Virus record (IMG/VR): IMGVR_UViG_3300042568_000085
DNA: 20,000 nucleotides
Direction: 5' to 3' (one strand)
Source: an uncultured virus (IMG/VR IMGVR_UViG_3300042568_000085)
Taxonomy: Duplodnaviria; Heunggongvirae; Uroviricota; Caudoviricetes
The translations under genes were made by a program, and so were the position numbers. Below the pieces are notes generated by a model, which worked only from the letters and a program-made list of their open reading frames with translations, had not been told where the DNA came from and ran no database searches. Positions 8,701 through 15,447 of this stretch are shown here, piece by piece. Each line of letters starts with the position of its first letter. Position 1 is the first letter of the stretch.

Positions 8701-9224
8701 TGCTTTCACTTATTTCAACTCTCGGGGGTCTGCTGATCTCTGGTCTGCCAAAGCTGCTGGAGTATTTTCAGAACAAGGCTGATCAAAAGCATGAATTGGC
8801 ACTGGCTGCTGTTCAGACGGAGCGTGAGCTTGCACTGGCCGCTGCTGGCTTTGCTGCGCAAGCCAAGATCGAAGAAATCCGCACCGAGCAGGTGGCAATG
8901 GAGACCGAGGCCCGTATGACCGAGGCCGAGGCTGGCATGGTGCAAGGCGCTCAGGAGCACGACAAGGCGGTGCTTGCCAAAGCTTCCACATGGGTTGCCA
9001 ACTACGTGGGCACTGTACGCCCCACGGTGACGTACATCTTTATATTTGAGCTGGTGGCAATCAACGCTTTCCTTTGCTTCTACCTATGGCAGCATCCCGG
9101 CTTGATCACCAGCATTGACGACGTGATCCGCTACTCCGACTTAATCTTCTCCGGCGACGAGATGGCTATGCTGGGTGGAATCGTGGGATTTTGGTTTGGT
9201 AGCCGCCAGTGGAGCAAGAAGTGA
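8700..9224 (+). CDS. Putative holin (GTA 3TM holin-like)
   Basis: N-terminal hydrophobic helix, Ala/Glu coiled coil, WVANYVGTVRPTVTY, C-terminal GIVGFWFGSR plus basic tail; directly upstream of the endolysin. Confidence 0.65.
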   Translation: MLSLISTLGGLLISGLPKLLEYFQNKADQKHELALAAVQTERELALAAAGFAAQAKIEEIRTEQVAMETEARMTEAEAGMVQGAQEHDKAVLAKASTWVANYVGTVRPTVTYIFIFELVAINAFLCFYLWQHPGLITSIDDVIRYSDLIFSGDEMAMLGGIVGFWFGSRQWSKK

Positions 9225-9724
9225 AAACTTCTGACAAAGGCATCCACTTGATGCACGAGTTTGAGGGCTACAGAAACAAGCCGTACAAATGCAGCGCAAA
9301 AATTTGGACTGTTGGGTGGGGCCACGCCATGTACGGCGATCAGTTGCGCTTGCCCAACGTGCGTACTGGCGCATACACAGGAATGATCCGTGATGACTAC
9401 CAACTCAAGCCAGAAGACAACCGGGTCTGGTCGAAGGAAGAACTGGTTGCGATTTTCAAGGATGACCTCGTTTCTTTTGAACGCAGTGTTCTTCGACTTG
9501 CTCCCAATCTGGCTGGGCATCAGCGCAAGTTTGACGCTTGTGTCGCTTTGGCCTTCAATGTAGGCTCGGGCAACTTTCAGCGCAGCACCATCCGCCAGAA
9601 AATTTTGCGGGAAGACTGGGACGGCGCAGCCGAGGCGTTCTTGGCTTGGTCTAAGGCTGGCGGAAAAGTTCTACCGGGGCTGGTGCGCCGCCGCAAGGCA
9701 GAGATTGCACTGTTTCTGTCTTAA
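9221..9724 (+). CDS. Endolysin, GH24 phage lysozyme
   Basis: GTG start in a GTGA overlap; FEGYRNKPYKCSAKIWTVGWGH (E-8x-C-5x-T triad), FDACVALAFNVG, WSKAGGKVLPGLVRRRKAE. Confidence 0.92.
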   Translation: MKTSDKGIHLMHEFEGYRNKPYKCSAKIWTVGWGHAMYGDQLRLPNVRTGAYTGMIRDDYQLKPEDNRVWSKEELVAIFKDDLVSFERSVLRLAPNLAGHQRKFDACVALAFNVGSGNFQRSTIRQKILREDWDGAAEAFLAWSKAGGKVLPGLVRRRKAEIALFLS

Positions 9725-9860
9725 CCCTCACACGCTCTTCGGTTGAAAAGCGGTGCAAGTTGGCGCGCTCATAACGGCGCGTCACCACGCCGTCTGTCTT
9801 GCGTGTTCGGGTTTCCTTCACCGATGTCCACGCACCACAGTGAGGGTAAGTCATGCTCAT
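9651..9860 (-). CDS. Small zinc-ribbon-like protein (NrdR N-terminus-like), apparently degenerate
   Basis: TYPHCGAWTSVKETR...RRYERANLHRFSTEE; expected C-x2-C...C-x3-H with two Cys replaced; ATGA-coupled to the upstream gene. Confidence 0.55.
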   Translation of the reverse strand: MSMTYPHCGAWTSVKETRTRKTDGVVTRRYERANLHRFSTEERVRVKTETVQSLPCGGAPAPVELFRQP

Positions 9861-10246
9861 AATGATTTCCTGAGTTCCCGCACCTTGTCACGGGTCAATC
9901 CCATATTGAACACGCTGCTCATGCGAATGGTGTTGATGGTCTTGTGCTCACTCCTGCGGCGGTTCTCTCGCACGTTGGGCTTGGGTCTTGGCTTGTCGAG
10001 TTTGTCACCCAGCATAAACACGGCGCGGGGGTAACGCCGTGCATCATCGTGGTCGTGGGTCCAGTCTGCAACGTAGATGCGCTTCTCCCCCGCCTTGGTG
10101 CGTTTGTTCATGCGATTCAGCACAGCGTGTGCATCGTAGCGTCCGATGTCGGCGTAGTCTGCGAACTTCTGCGCTGTCAGCTTGCCGAAAGCCTCAAACG
10201 CCTCAAATGCCTTGATGACGTGAGCGCCTGTGTTGGTTGTGGTCAT
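9857..10246 (-). CDS. Hypothetical basic winged-helix-like DNA-binding protein, 129 aa
   Basis: Start MTTTNTG at 10246 in an ATGA overlap; LTAQKFADY...AVLNRM, IYVADW...RRYPRAVF, Arg/Lys-rich tail. Confidence 0.6.
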   Translation of the reverse strand: MTTTNTGAHVIKAFEAFEAFGKLTAQKFADYADIGRYDAHAVLNRMNKRTKAGEKRIYVADWTHDHDDARRYPRAVFMLGDKLDKPRPKPNVRENRRRSEHKTINTIRMSSVFNMGLTRDKVRELRKSL

Positions 10247-10335
10247 TTGATGATCCTCATAAAAGCGCCGCACCGGGCGCATTTGTAAATCAGTTTGTCA
10301 GGCACTTCTTCCCATCGGTGCTGGCATTCAGTCAT
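10243..10335 (-). CDS. 30-aa zinc-finger-like microprotein (not in the ORF track)
   Basis: MTECQHRWEEVPDKLIYKCARCGAFMRIIK*; C-x-H...C-x2-C; ATGA overlaps at both ends. Confidence 0.7.
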   Translation of the reverse strand: MTECQHRWEEVPDKLIYKCARCGAFMRIIK

Positions 10336-10961
10336 TTCATCATCTCCAGCATTGCTTGGCGGCAATCGTTCCACCCTGCCACATATGCAGGTAGTTCGTC
10401 TTCATTTGGGCCAATGGCATCAGGCACGGCTGGCGGTGCTGCTTTCAGTCGCTTGATCTCAGACATATGCTCCCGCAGCGATTCCTGCGTGGCTTCAAGC
10501 AAAGACCAGTCTCGGCCCTCTGGCGCAGGTGCTGGCTGTGCGGGTGGGGTGGTGTAGAGCTTTGTGCCGTGTGCAAGCGCATAGAAGTCGCCCGTTTGAG
10601 CGCAAGCCATAACATGGCCTGTCTTGCTCACTCGGATATACGCCACAGGCTCATAGTCCAGCCCCAACTCTCTGGCGTTCTCTGCCTTCTTGTCGAGGGC
10701 ACGGGCTTGCTTGATGGCGGTGATGGCTTTCTCGTGATCGTCAGCCAATACTTTCAAGCCAGCAACTTTGCCTTGCCGTGATGGGTAGTTGCCATAAAGT
10801 TTTTCTGCGTTGTAAGCGTCTTCACGCACAAGATCAACGCTGTTCTCCAACGCCTCCAGCGCCAAGTCGAGTGCTTCGTCTTTTGACACAAGTGCTGGCT
10901 GCTTCGGCACACAGCCATGTTTTGTGCAGTGCGCTACTGTTTCGCATTGGTCGCAGATCAT
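10332..10961 (-). CDS. Mosaic early protein (Eaa/Ead-like patchwork)
   Basis: Segments EALDLALEALE, ARELGLDYEPVA, KLYTTPPAQPAP and GWNDCRQAML resemble lambdoid eaa-type modular genes. Confidence 0.6.
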   Translation of the reverse strand: MICDQCETVAHCTKHGCVPKQPALVSKDEALDLALEALENSVDLVREDAYNAEKLYGNYPSRQGKVAGLKVLADDHEKAITAIKQARALDKKAENARELGLDYEPVAYIRVSKTGHVMACAQTGDFYALAHGTKLYTTPPAQPAPAPEGRDWSLLEATQESLREHMSEIKRLKAAPPAVPDAIGPNEDELPAYVAGWNDCRQAMLEMMK

Positions 10962-11179
10962 GCTGTCTCCTTGTCTTGTTCTTTCATGGACGCTTTAAGG
11001 AACTTGCTCAAGCGAACGATCTTGCCTTGGTGGTATTCGACCATCTTGGCTGTGTACTCCTGATGAGCCTGTGACTTCAGCAGTTCACGCTTTGATTCTT
11101 CAAGCTCACGCAGCGCAAGATTCTCTGCGCTTGGTGGCGCGAACAATGTTTTGATGTATTCAATCGTGTTATTCATCAT
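10958..11179 (-). CDS. Hypothetical coiled-coil protein, 73 aa
   Basis: MMNNTIEYIKTLFAPPSAENLALRELEESKRELL; ATGA overlaps at both ends. Confidence 0.65.
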   Translation of the reverse strand: MMNNTIEYIKTLFAPPSAENLALRELEESKRELLKSQAHQEYTAKMVEYHQGKIVRLSKFLKASMKEQDKETA

Positions 11180-11430
11180 GTTCCTTTTGTTCCCCAATCG
11201 GGAAACTTCTCGTTTGCCGCAAGTTCTTCAAGTTGGACGTAAAGGTTGTCTAAGCCGGGGTCTTTAAAGCTACGAGCGCAATAGCAACTCCAAAAAAAAG
11301 CGGCTTCTTCCCACAAGCAATCCTTAAATAGCCTGTCACGCACAAATGCGCCGGGGCTATTAGGCATATACAGTTTCTTGCTGTCTTCTATTTCGGCTCT
11401 CATAGCCGCTGCAATGGCTGCGTAGTTCAT
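11176..11430 (-). CDS. Hypothetical protein, 84 aa
   Basis: SD AGGA upstream of the ATG; coupled to the downstream gene. Confidence 0.6.
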   Translation of the reverse strand: MNYAAIAAAMRAEIEDSKKLYMPNSPGAFVRDRLFKDCLWEEAAFFWSCYCARSFKDPGLDNLYVQLEELAANEKFPDWGTKGT

Positions 11431-11459
11431 TTCTGTCCTATCTTGTTGCTGATGGCTCT

Positions 11460-11501
11460 ATTATCAGGAAAGCCAATCTTTTGCACATCCGGATAAACCC
11501 T
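11460..11501 (-). promoter_or_regulatory. Putative activator-dependent promoter (AGGGTTTATCCG site plus GATAAT -10)
   Basis: Site starts 36 nt upstream of the -10 hexamer, the same spacing as at 15380-15421. Confidence 0.5.
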
Positions 11502-11817
11502 TAGGTATAGGCACATCGTCAGGCCATAATCCAAGTAGCACCAACTTCTTTACTGTCTTGTAATGAGCAAGTGACCATTTTTCTTGGCGCTCGTACCAAG
11601 GCAAATCTTTTCCTTGGTCAATCATCATGTGGCATTCATAGCAAAGGCTTGCAATCATGTTGTCATCAGCTTTGATTCCACGACCCTTGCCGCTACCCCA
11701 ATTTGTGTGCGCTGCAACAACAGTGCCATCCTCAGCACCGCAACGCTGGCAAGGGATAAGCCTAGCGTTTTCCAGCAACTTCTTGCTACGAACGTAGTTA
11801 TGTTTTGGGAACATCAT
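11464..11817 (-). CDS. DUF1364/DUF968-like Zn-binding HNH-type putative nuclease
   Basis: RSKKLL..AR..PCQRCG...VVAAHTN..GKGRGIKADD..IASLCYECH..ID. Confidence 0.75.
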   Translation of the reverse strand: MMFPKHNYVRSKKLLENARLIPCQRCGAEDGTVVAAHTNWGSGKGRGIKADDNMIASLCYECHMMIDQGKDLPWYERQEKWSLAHYKTVKKLVLLGLWPDDVPIPKGLSGCAKDWLS

Positions 11818-12118
11818 CAATCGTGACTCCATTAGTGTTGGCCCAATACAGCAACCACTCGGTAAAACTGATGGCTTGCTCTTTGGTAAACCGTCTGCTT
11901 TGATGGCCTAGCTGTACAACACGTTCACCGTCAATGCTTGGCATGACCTTGCTAATGCTAGACATTTCACCGCTTTCATGCGCCCATTGGTCAATGAGGA
12001 ATCGCTTAAAGCTCTCAGCGTTCCAGCGGCTACCGTGCAATGTTGCTTGCTTGGCAATCTGACCAATGATGCTGTGATACAGCTTTTCTTGCTCACGGCT
12101 TTTCATGTCGGGTGTCAT
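11798..12118 (-). CDS. ninB: NinB/Orf-family recombination protein (short N-terminus)
   Basis: SREQEKLYHSIIGQIAKQ...GSRWNAESFKRFL, VMPSIDG.RVVQLG.QSRRFTKEQ..FTEWL..WA...GV. Confidence 0.75.
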   Translation of the reverse strand: MTPDMKSREQEKLYHSIIGQIAKQATLHGSRWNAESFKRFLIDQWAHESGEMSSISKVMPSIDGERVVQLGHQSRRFTKEQAISFTEWLLYWANTNGVTIDDVPKT

Positions 12119-12378
12119 ATAACCCCAATGGCTCTTAAAGCCGCTTCAGGGCTGTCAACCCTGCACAGAGTACCACCACACCACTTTGCAAAAAAATCTT
12201 GCTGTAGGCTCGTTAAACGCTTTGTAGGGCCACTTTTCAGTTCCATAAGAAATGTGTGGTTCTTGTAGCCAACCAAAAGGTCAACTGGCAGACCGATCAC
12301 CCAAACGTAACAACCTGCATCCCTAAGAACCTTCACTATTTCAGCTTGGTTTTCATCCACGCGAGCAGCGTATCTCAT
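12115..12378 (-). CDS. VRR-NUC / PD-(D/E)xK endonuclease (resolvase-like)
   Basis: AARVDENQAEIVKVLR..G, PVDLLVGY, LMELK, LTSLQQDF. Confidence 0.78.
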   Translation of the reverse strand: MRYAARVDENQAEIVKVLRDAGCYVWVIGLPVDLLVGYKNHTFLMELKSGPTKRLTSLQQDFFAKWCGGTLCRVDSPEAALRAIGVI

Positions 12379-13045
12379 CTTGCTCCTTTATTTTGTAGTC
12401 TTTAAATACCGTACCTTTGCTGGCATCACCACGCCAACATTCTTTAACCCATCCACGCTTACCTGATTTGTAAGTGCGCCAATGACCTCTGGCTTGATGC
12501 CTTTTTGGACTTGCGTGTGTACCGCCTTGATACTCTTGTTTTGATTGTGATGGTTCAATAACTACCGTATGCCATTCGTAAAGTGGCTTTAATCCACGTT
12601 TGCTGCGGCTTGCGTTGGCTTTGTGTGGTGTTGGTACATACGCTTGAACTTTCATGTCAAGCGATGCGTAGAACATTGTCACAATTGCACACATCATTGA
12701 TTGGTCTTGACGGTCTATTGGCCTATCAACTTCACCAACCTTTGGTTCGCCATTGTGTTCGGCAAAAAGAAAAGAACCAAGGCTTTTGTATCCTGTTGGT
12801 TTTATAATCCAGCCCGTTACCACAGTAGCAGATGACTCAGCTAACACCGACAACATGAAATCACCCTGCTCTGTGCGACCGCATAACATCATGTTTTTGT
12901 ATGGGGCTGGATGCAATAAATATTTACGTTGGTCATAACCAATATATTTTTTGATTGCACCCGTTACATCAAACCATTGCATTTCTGTTGGATCAAGATT
13001 AGAAACTGAAACCATCTTGACCATTTCTTTTATTAAAGGTGTCAT
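12353..13045 (-). CDS. Hypothetical protein with basic C-terminal H-x2-RGHWR motif
   Basis: GGTHASPKRHQARGHWRTYKSGKRGWVKECWRGDASKGTVFKDY; ATGA-coupled start. Confidence 0.7.
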   Translation of the reverse strand: MTPLIKEMVKMVSVSNLDPTEMQWFDVTGAIKKYIGYDQRKYLLHPAPYKNMMLCGRTEQGDFMLSVLAESSATVVTGWIIKPTGYKSLGSFLFAEHNGEPKVGEVDRPIDRQDQSMMCAIVTMFYASLDMKVQAYVPTPHKANASRSKRGLKPLYEWHTVVIEPSQSKQEYQGGTHASPKRHQARGHWRTYKSGKRGWVKECWRGDASKGTVFKDYKIKEQDEIRCSRG

Positions 13046-13152
13046 AGCGGTGCGTCTCCAGCGTCATCACGCTTTTGCTTTTCGTATTCACGAATTTGCT
13101 TGCGTGTCCAAGGTGTTGGGCCTGATGGTGGGGGGAAGGGCCATGTGTTCAT
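13042..13152 (-). CDS. 36-aa WPFP-motif microprotein (not in the ORF track)
   Basis: MNTWPFPPPSGPTPWTRKQIREYEKQKRDDAGDAPL*; ATGA overlaps at both ends. Confidence 0.7.
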   Translation of the reverse strand: MNTWPFPPPSGPTPWTRKQIREYEKQKRDDAGDAPL

Positions 13153-13355
13153 TCCAATTCTCCATTCTGTAATCTTGTCATGTAATTACGAATTCTTGCT
13201 ACAGAACCCGTGCCGTATTTTTTCTCTAACCATTCCATCCTGACCTGAGTCAGAACTTTTTGCTTGGTCACTTGGTAGGTGCAAAGCAATACTCTTGCTT
13301 CGCCCAACTCAATCATGTATCTGTCGCCAGCGTTTTCAATCTGTTTGCGTGTCAT
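13149..13355 (-). CDS. Hypothetical protein, 68 aa
   Basis: MTRKQIENAGDRYMIELGEARVLL...LEKKYGTGSVARIRNYM; within the operon. Confidence 0.6.
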   Translation of the reverse strand: MTRKQIENAGDRYMIELGEARVLLCTYQVTKQKVLTQVRMEWLEKKYGTGSVARIRNYMTRLQNGELE

Positions 13356-13539
13356 AGATAGGCCAAAGTTCAACCAAACCCCATTTCTTTTTTGGATACC
13401 TGCGAACAATTAATGTTTTTTTAAGACGCTGGATGCTGGCCCACACTTGTTTTGTTGTCCAGCAGGTAATTTCTTCAATCTCTTTGCTAGACAGTTCGCC
13501 GTGTTCAAGTAGGCGTTTGAGTGCGTAAACTCTTGTCAT
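13336..13539 (-). CDS. Small winged helix-turn-helix protein
   Basis: ALKRLLEHGELSSKEIEEITCWTTKQVWASIQRL. Confidence 0.65.
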   Translation of the reverse strand: MTRVYALKRLLEHGELSSKEIEEITCWTTKQVWASIQRLKKTLIVRRYPKKKWGLVELWPIYDTQTD

Positions 13540-13874
13540 TTTTTTACCCTTGCAATTATTTCAGCAATCCGTTTTTTGTTTGCAGCCATTTGCTCTGCTG
13601 TTAGTTTATTTTCCAACATTGGCAAAGTAGGCTCGGGTGCTTTTCTGCACATCGCACGAAACTCAAGAACTGTTGGCGGCTTACCGCTGTCAGGCATGTT
13701 TTTCAAAGCATAAGCAATTGAGTCAGGATGATCTTTAAAGCCAGCTAGCTCATGTGACCAATCAGCTTTAACTTCAGCGATGTCCAAACCTTCCCAACGA
13801 CCAAGAAAGTCTCGTCCATAGATCATGGTCAGCTTAGTAAAGATTCTTTCAACCCAAGGCATAGGCAAGCTCAT
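13536..13874 (-). CDS. Replication protein P-like helicase loader
   Basis: VERIFTKLTMIYG..F..RW, W..ELAGF, IAYAL..MP..KPPTVLEFRAMCR; directly after the initiator. Confidence 0.65.
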   Translation of the reverse strand: MSLPMPWVERIFTKLTMIYGRDFLGRWEGLDIAEVKADWSHELAGFKDHPDSIAYALKNMPDSGKPPTVLEFRAMCRKAPEPTLPMLENKLTAEQMAANKKRIAEIIARVKK

Positions 13875-14650
13875 TTGTTCACCTCAATAGCTTTCTGAGA
13901 TTCCATGTCAATAGTGCGAAAGAAATCGCTTGCGTCTTGGTATGGTGCATGTTTGGCAATGCTTGGTACGGCCTCTTGCATCTTCAAACGCATTGACCTC
14001 TGGTAAACAGTCTCAGTCTGGTTCTGCTTTTCATCAGACCGTAACCAAGAAGCCTCAAGCCCTTGTGAACCTCTTGCACACCAGATGGTCAGAAATGCGT
14101 TTAGGGTAATGCCGGCCTTTTCTGCTTCTTTCCTTGCAGACTTCAGTACGGTTTCGGTCACAGGTGCTTTCTTGGCTTTCCTGAGAGACAACCAATCTTC
14201 CCATTCTTGTAAACCAACATCAGGGGGGCAAGCAACGACAGTTGCGCTCTCTCTCTTTGGTTTATGGTTATTGGTTATTGGTTCTTGGTTAATGGTTGCT
14301 ATTGGGGTAGCAATAGGGGGGCTATTAGCCTCGCCATCACCACCCTTTAGCCACCTCTTAGCAGCCCCACGCTTTCCATCTTCAATGAACTTGCGATACT
14401 TGGCAATTTCATCGTCAGCCCTTGGGTTTATGAACCCATTCTCAGTTGAAACAAAAAACTCATTAAGGACAGTAAGAACGTCTTGTTCATGCTCTCTCAT
14501 GCCTATCTGACGCGCAATGTCCCGCTGTTTAATTGGCTGTTCATGAAGGTAGTAATGGTCAAGAAGTCGGCGAAAAGCCAAGTCTTCCATTTGAGAAAGA
14601 TGGTGCGTGTGACTTTTGTAGTCACCAATGTGAAACTGGTAATAGTGCAT
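13871..14650 (-). CDS. Phage replication initiator, DUF1376/YdaU family
   Basis: MHYYQFHIGDY...T.HLS..EDLAFRRLLDHYY..EQPI; C-terminal PPDV..QEWEDW..LRKAKKAPVTET. Confidence 0.82.
   Translation of the reverse strand: MHYYQFHIGDYKSHTHHLSQMEDLAFRRLLDHYYLHEQPIKQRDIARQIGMREHEQDVLTVLNEFFVSTENGFINPRADDEIAKYRKFIEDGKRGAAKRWLKGGDGEANSPPIATPIATINQEPITNNHKPKRESATVVACPPDVGLQEWEDWLSLRKAKKAPVTETVLKSARKEAEKAGITLNAFLTIWCARGSQGLEASWLRSDEKQNQTETVYQRSMRLKMQEAVPSIAKHAPYQDASDFFRTIDMESQKAIEVNK
14256..14330. repeat. Tandem 7-nt repeats and degenerate 12-nt repeats; candidate replication origin
   Basis: TGGTT at 14258, 14265, 14272, 14279, 14286 and 14293 (period 7), then GCTATTGGGGTA/GCAATAGGGGGG/CTATTAGCC inside the initiator linker. 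Confidence 0.6.
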
Positions 14651-14656
14651 TAAAGC

Positions 14657-14744
14657 AACTCCGCAAATCTCCCTGAAAGAAACGCACGGCAGGTGGGGAG
14701 TTCACTTTTCCCGAGGCTCATGACTTCCTCGGTAGCCGGGTTTC
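14657..14744 (-). ncRNA. Candidate structured 5' leader RNA of the replication operon
   Basis: Nested stems GAAAC/GTTTC, CGGC/GCCG and CCGAGG/CCTCGG, plus alternative pairings that cover the SD. Confidence 0.5.
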
Positions 14745-14748
14745 AAAT

Positions 14749-14778
14749 ACTATACCACCACTCAAGCCCTACTGTAAA
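14749..14778 (-). promoter_or_regulatory. Sigma70-type promoter for the replication operon
   Basis: TTTACA-18 nt-TATAGT with extended -10 TG on the minus strand. Confidence 0.65.
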
Positions 14779-15178
14779 CAGTGATCTGAGGATGGTTCGT
14801 GTAGTTCTGCTGCATGATTGTCACCTCACGCTTTGTAAAGATTGCTTGATCTTTGTTGCGCCAGTTAAAAGCATTGCCTGTTGACTTGGCTGTGCCATCC
14901 TCCCAAGCATCGGTCTGCTTTTTAAATTCCTGAACAAAAACCTTTGGCTGTTGCTTTTGTGCAACAAATGATTTGCCTGTTAACTGGTGATGGTAGGCGT
15001 ACTTGCCGTTGCCTTGCAAAACTTTCTTGACGCAGACAATGTAGCCTTCAGCCACCAAAGCGTCTTTGATGGCTGCTGGTGATTCATGGAATCGTGTTGA
15101 CATCCTATTCATAATGATTCGATGGCTTACAGGGCCATCTTTTAGTTGTTCGAGGTAGTAGAGTTTTGCTGGTAACAC
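14762..15178 (-). CDS. Hypothetical protein (possible wHTH N-terminus), 138 aa
   Basis: GTG start with AAGGA SD; YLEQLKDGPVSHR...IKDALVAEGYI. Confidence 0.6.
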   Translation of the reverse strand: MLPAKLYYLEQLKDGPVSHRIIMNRMSTRFHESPAAIKDALVAEGYIVCVKKVLQGNGKYAYHHQLTGKSFVAQKQQPKVFVQEFKKQTDAWEDGTAKSTGNAFNWRNKDQAIFTKREVTIMQQNYTNHPQITVYSRA

Positions 15179-15342
15179 AGGCTGATTTCCTTCTTTGTGG
15201 TGAGTTCAATAGCGCGAGCAAAAAGAGCAACGGTAGCTGCCTCAAAGTCGCCGGGGTCAAAAGTGTATTGCTTTATAGACTGAATTGCAGTGACGCAAAG
15301 CTCCTGCGCGGCAATGGTTTCGTAGTGGTCTGGTGTAGTCAT
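15142..15342 (-). CDS. Hypothetical protein, 66 aa; first gene of the leftward operon, probably leaderless
   Basis: MTTPDHYETIAAQEL...; ATG 7 nt after the TAACCT -10 box; no SD. Confidence 0.6.
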   Translation of the reverse strand: MTTPDHYETIAAQELCVTAIQSIKQYTFDPGDFEAATVALFARAIELTTKKEISLCYQQNSTTSNN

Positions 15343-15349
15343 GCTGGCA

Positions 15350-15421
15350 AGGTTATCATTGTTGACCTGTTTGTCTATCAGGGTTTCCCCTAGTGTTTTT
15401 TTTGTTGATGCGTCATAAGAT
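15350..15421. promoter_or_regulatory. Divergent promoters sharing the dyad site AGGGTTTCCCCT
   Basis: Leftward TAGACA-16-TAACCT (extended TG; -10 at 15350-15355); rightward -10 TAAGAT at 15416-15421; dyad at 15380-15391 equidistant from both. Confidence 0.6.
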
Positions 15422-15447
15422 TGAGGCTCAACAAGCAACTTAATCAC

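Noticed and set aside
9221..9300. SAR endolysin interpretation given Cys in the catalytic triad
   Set aside because: There is no hydrophobic N-terminal SAR segment, and E-8x-C-5x-T is a known GH24 variant
10191..10212. 9-nt tandem repeat encoding FEAFEAF
   Set aside because: Only about two copies; trivial local duplication
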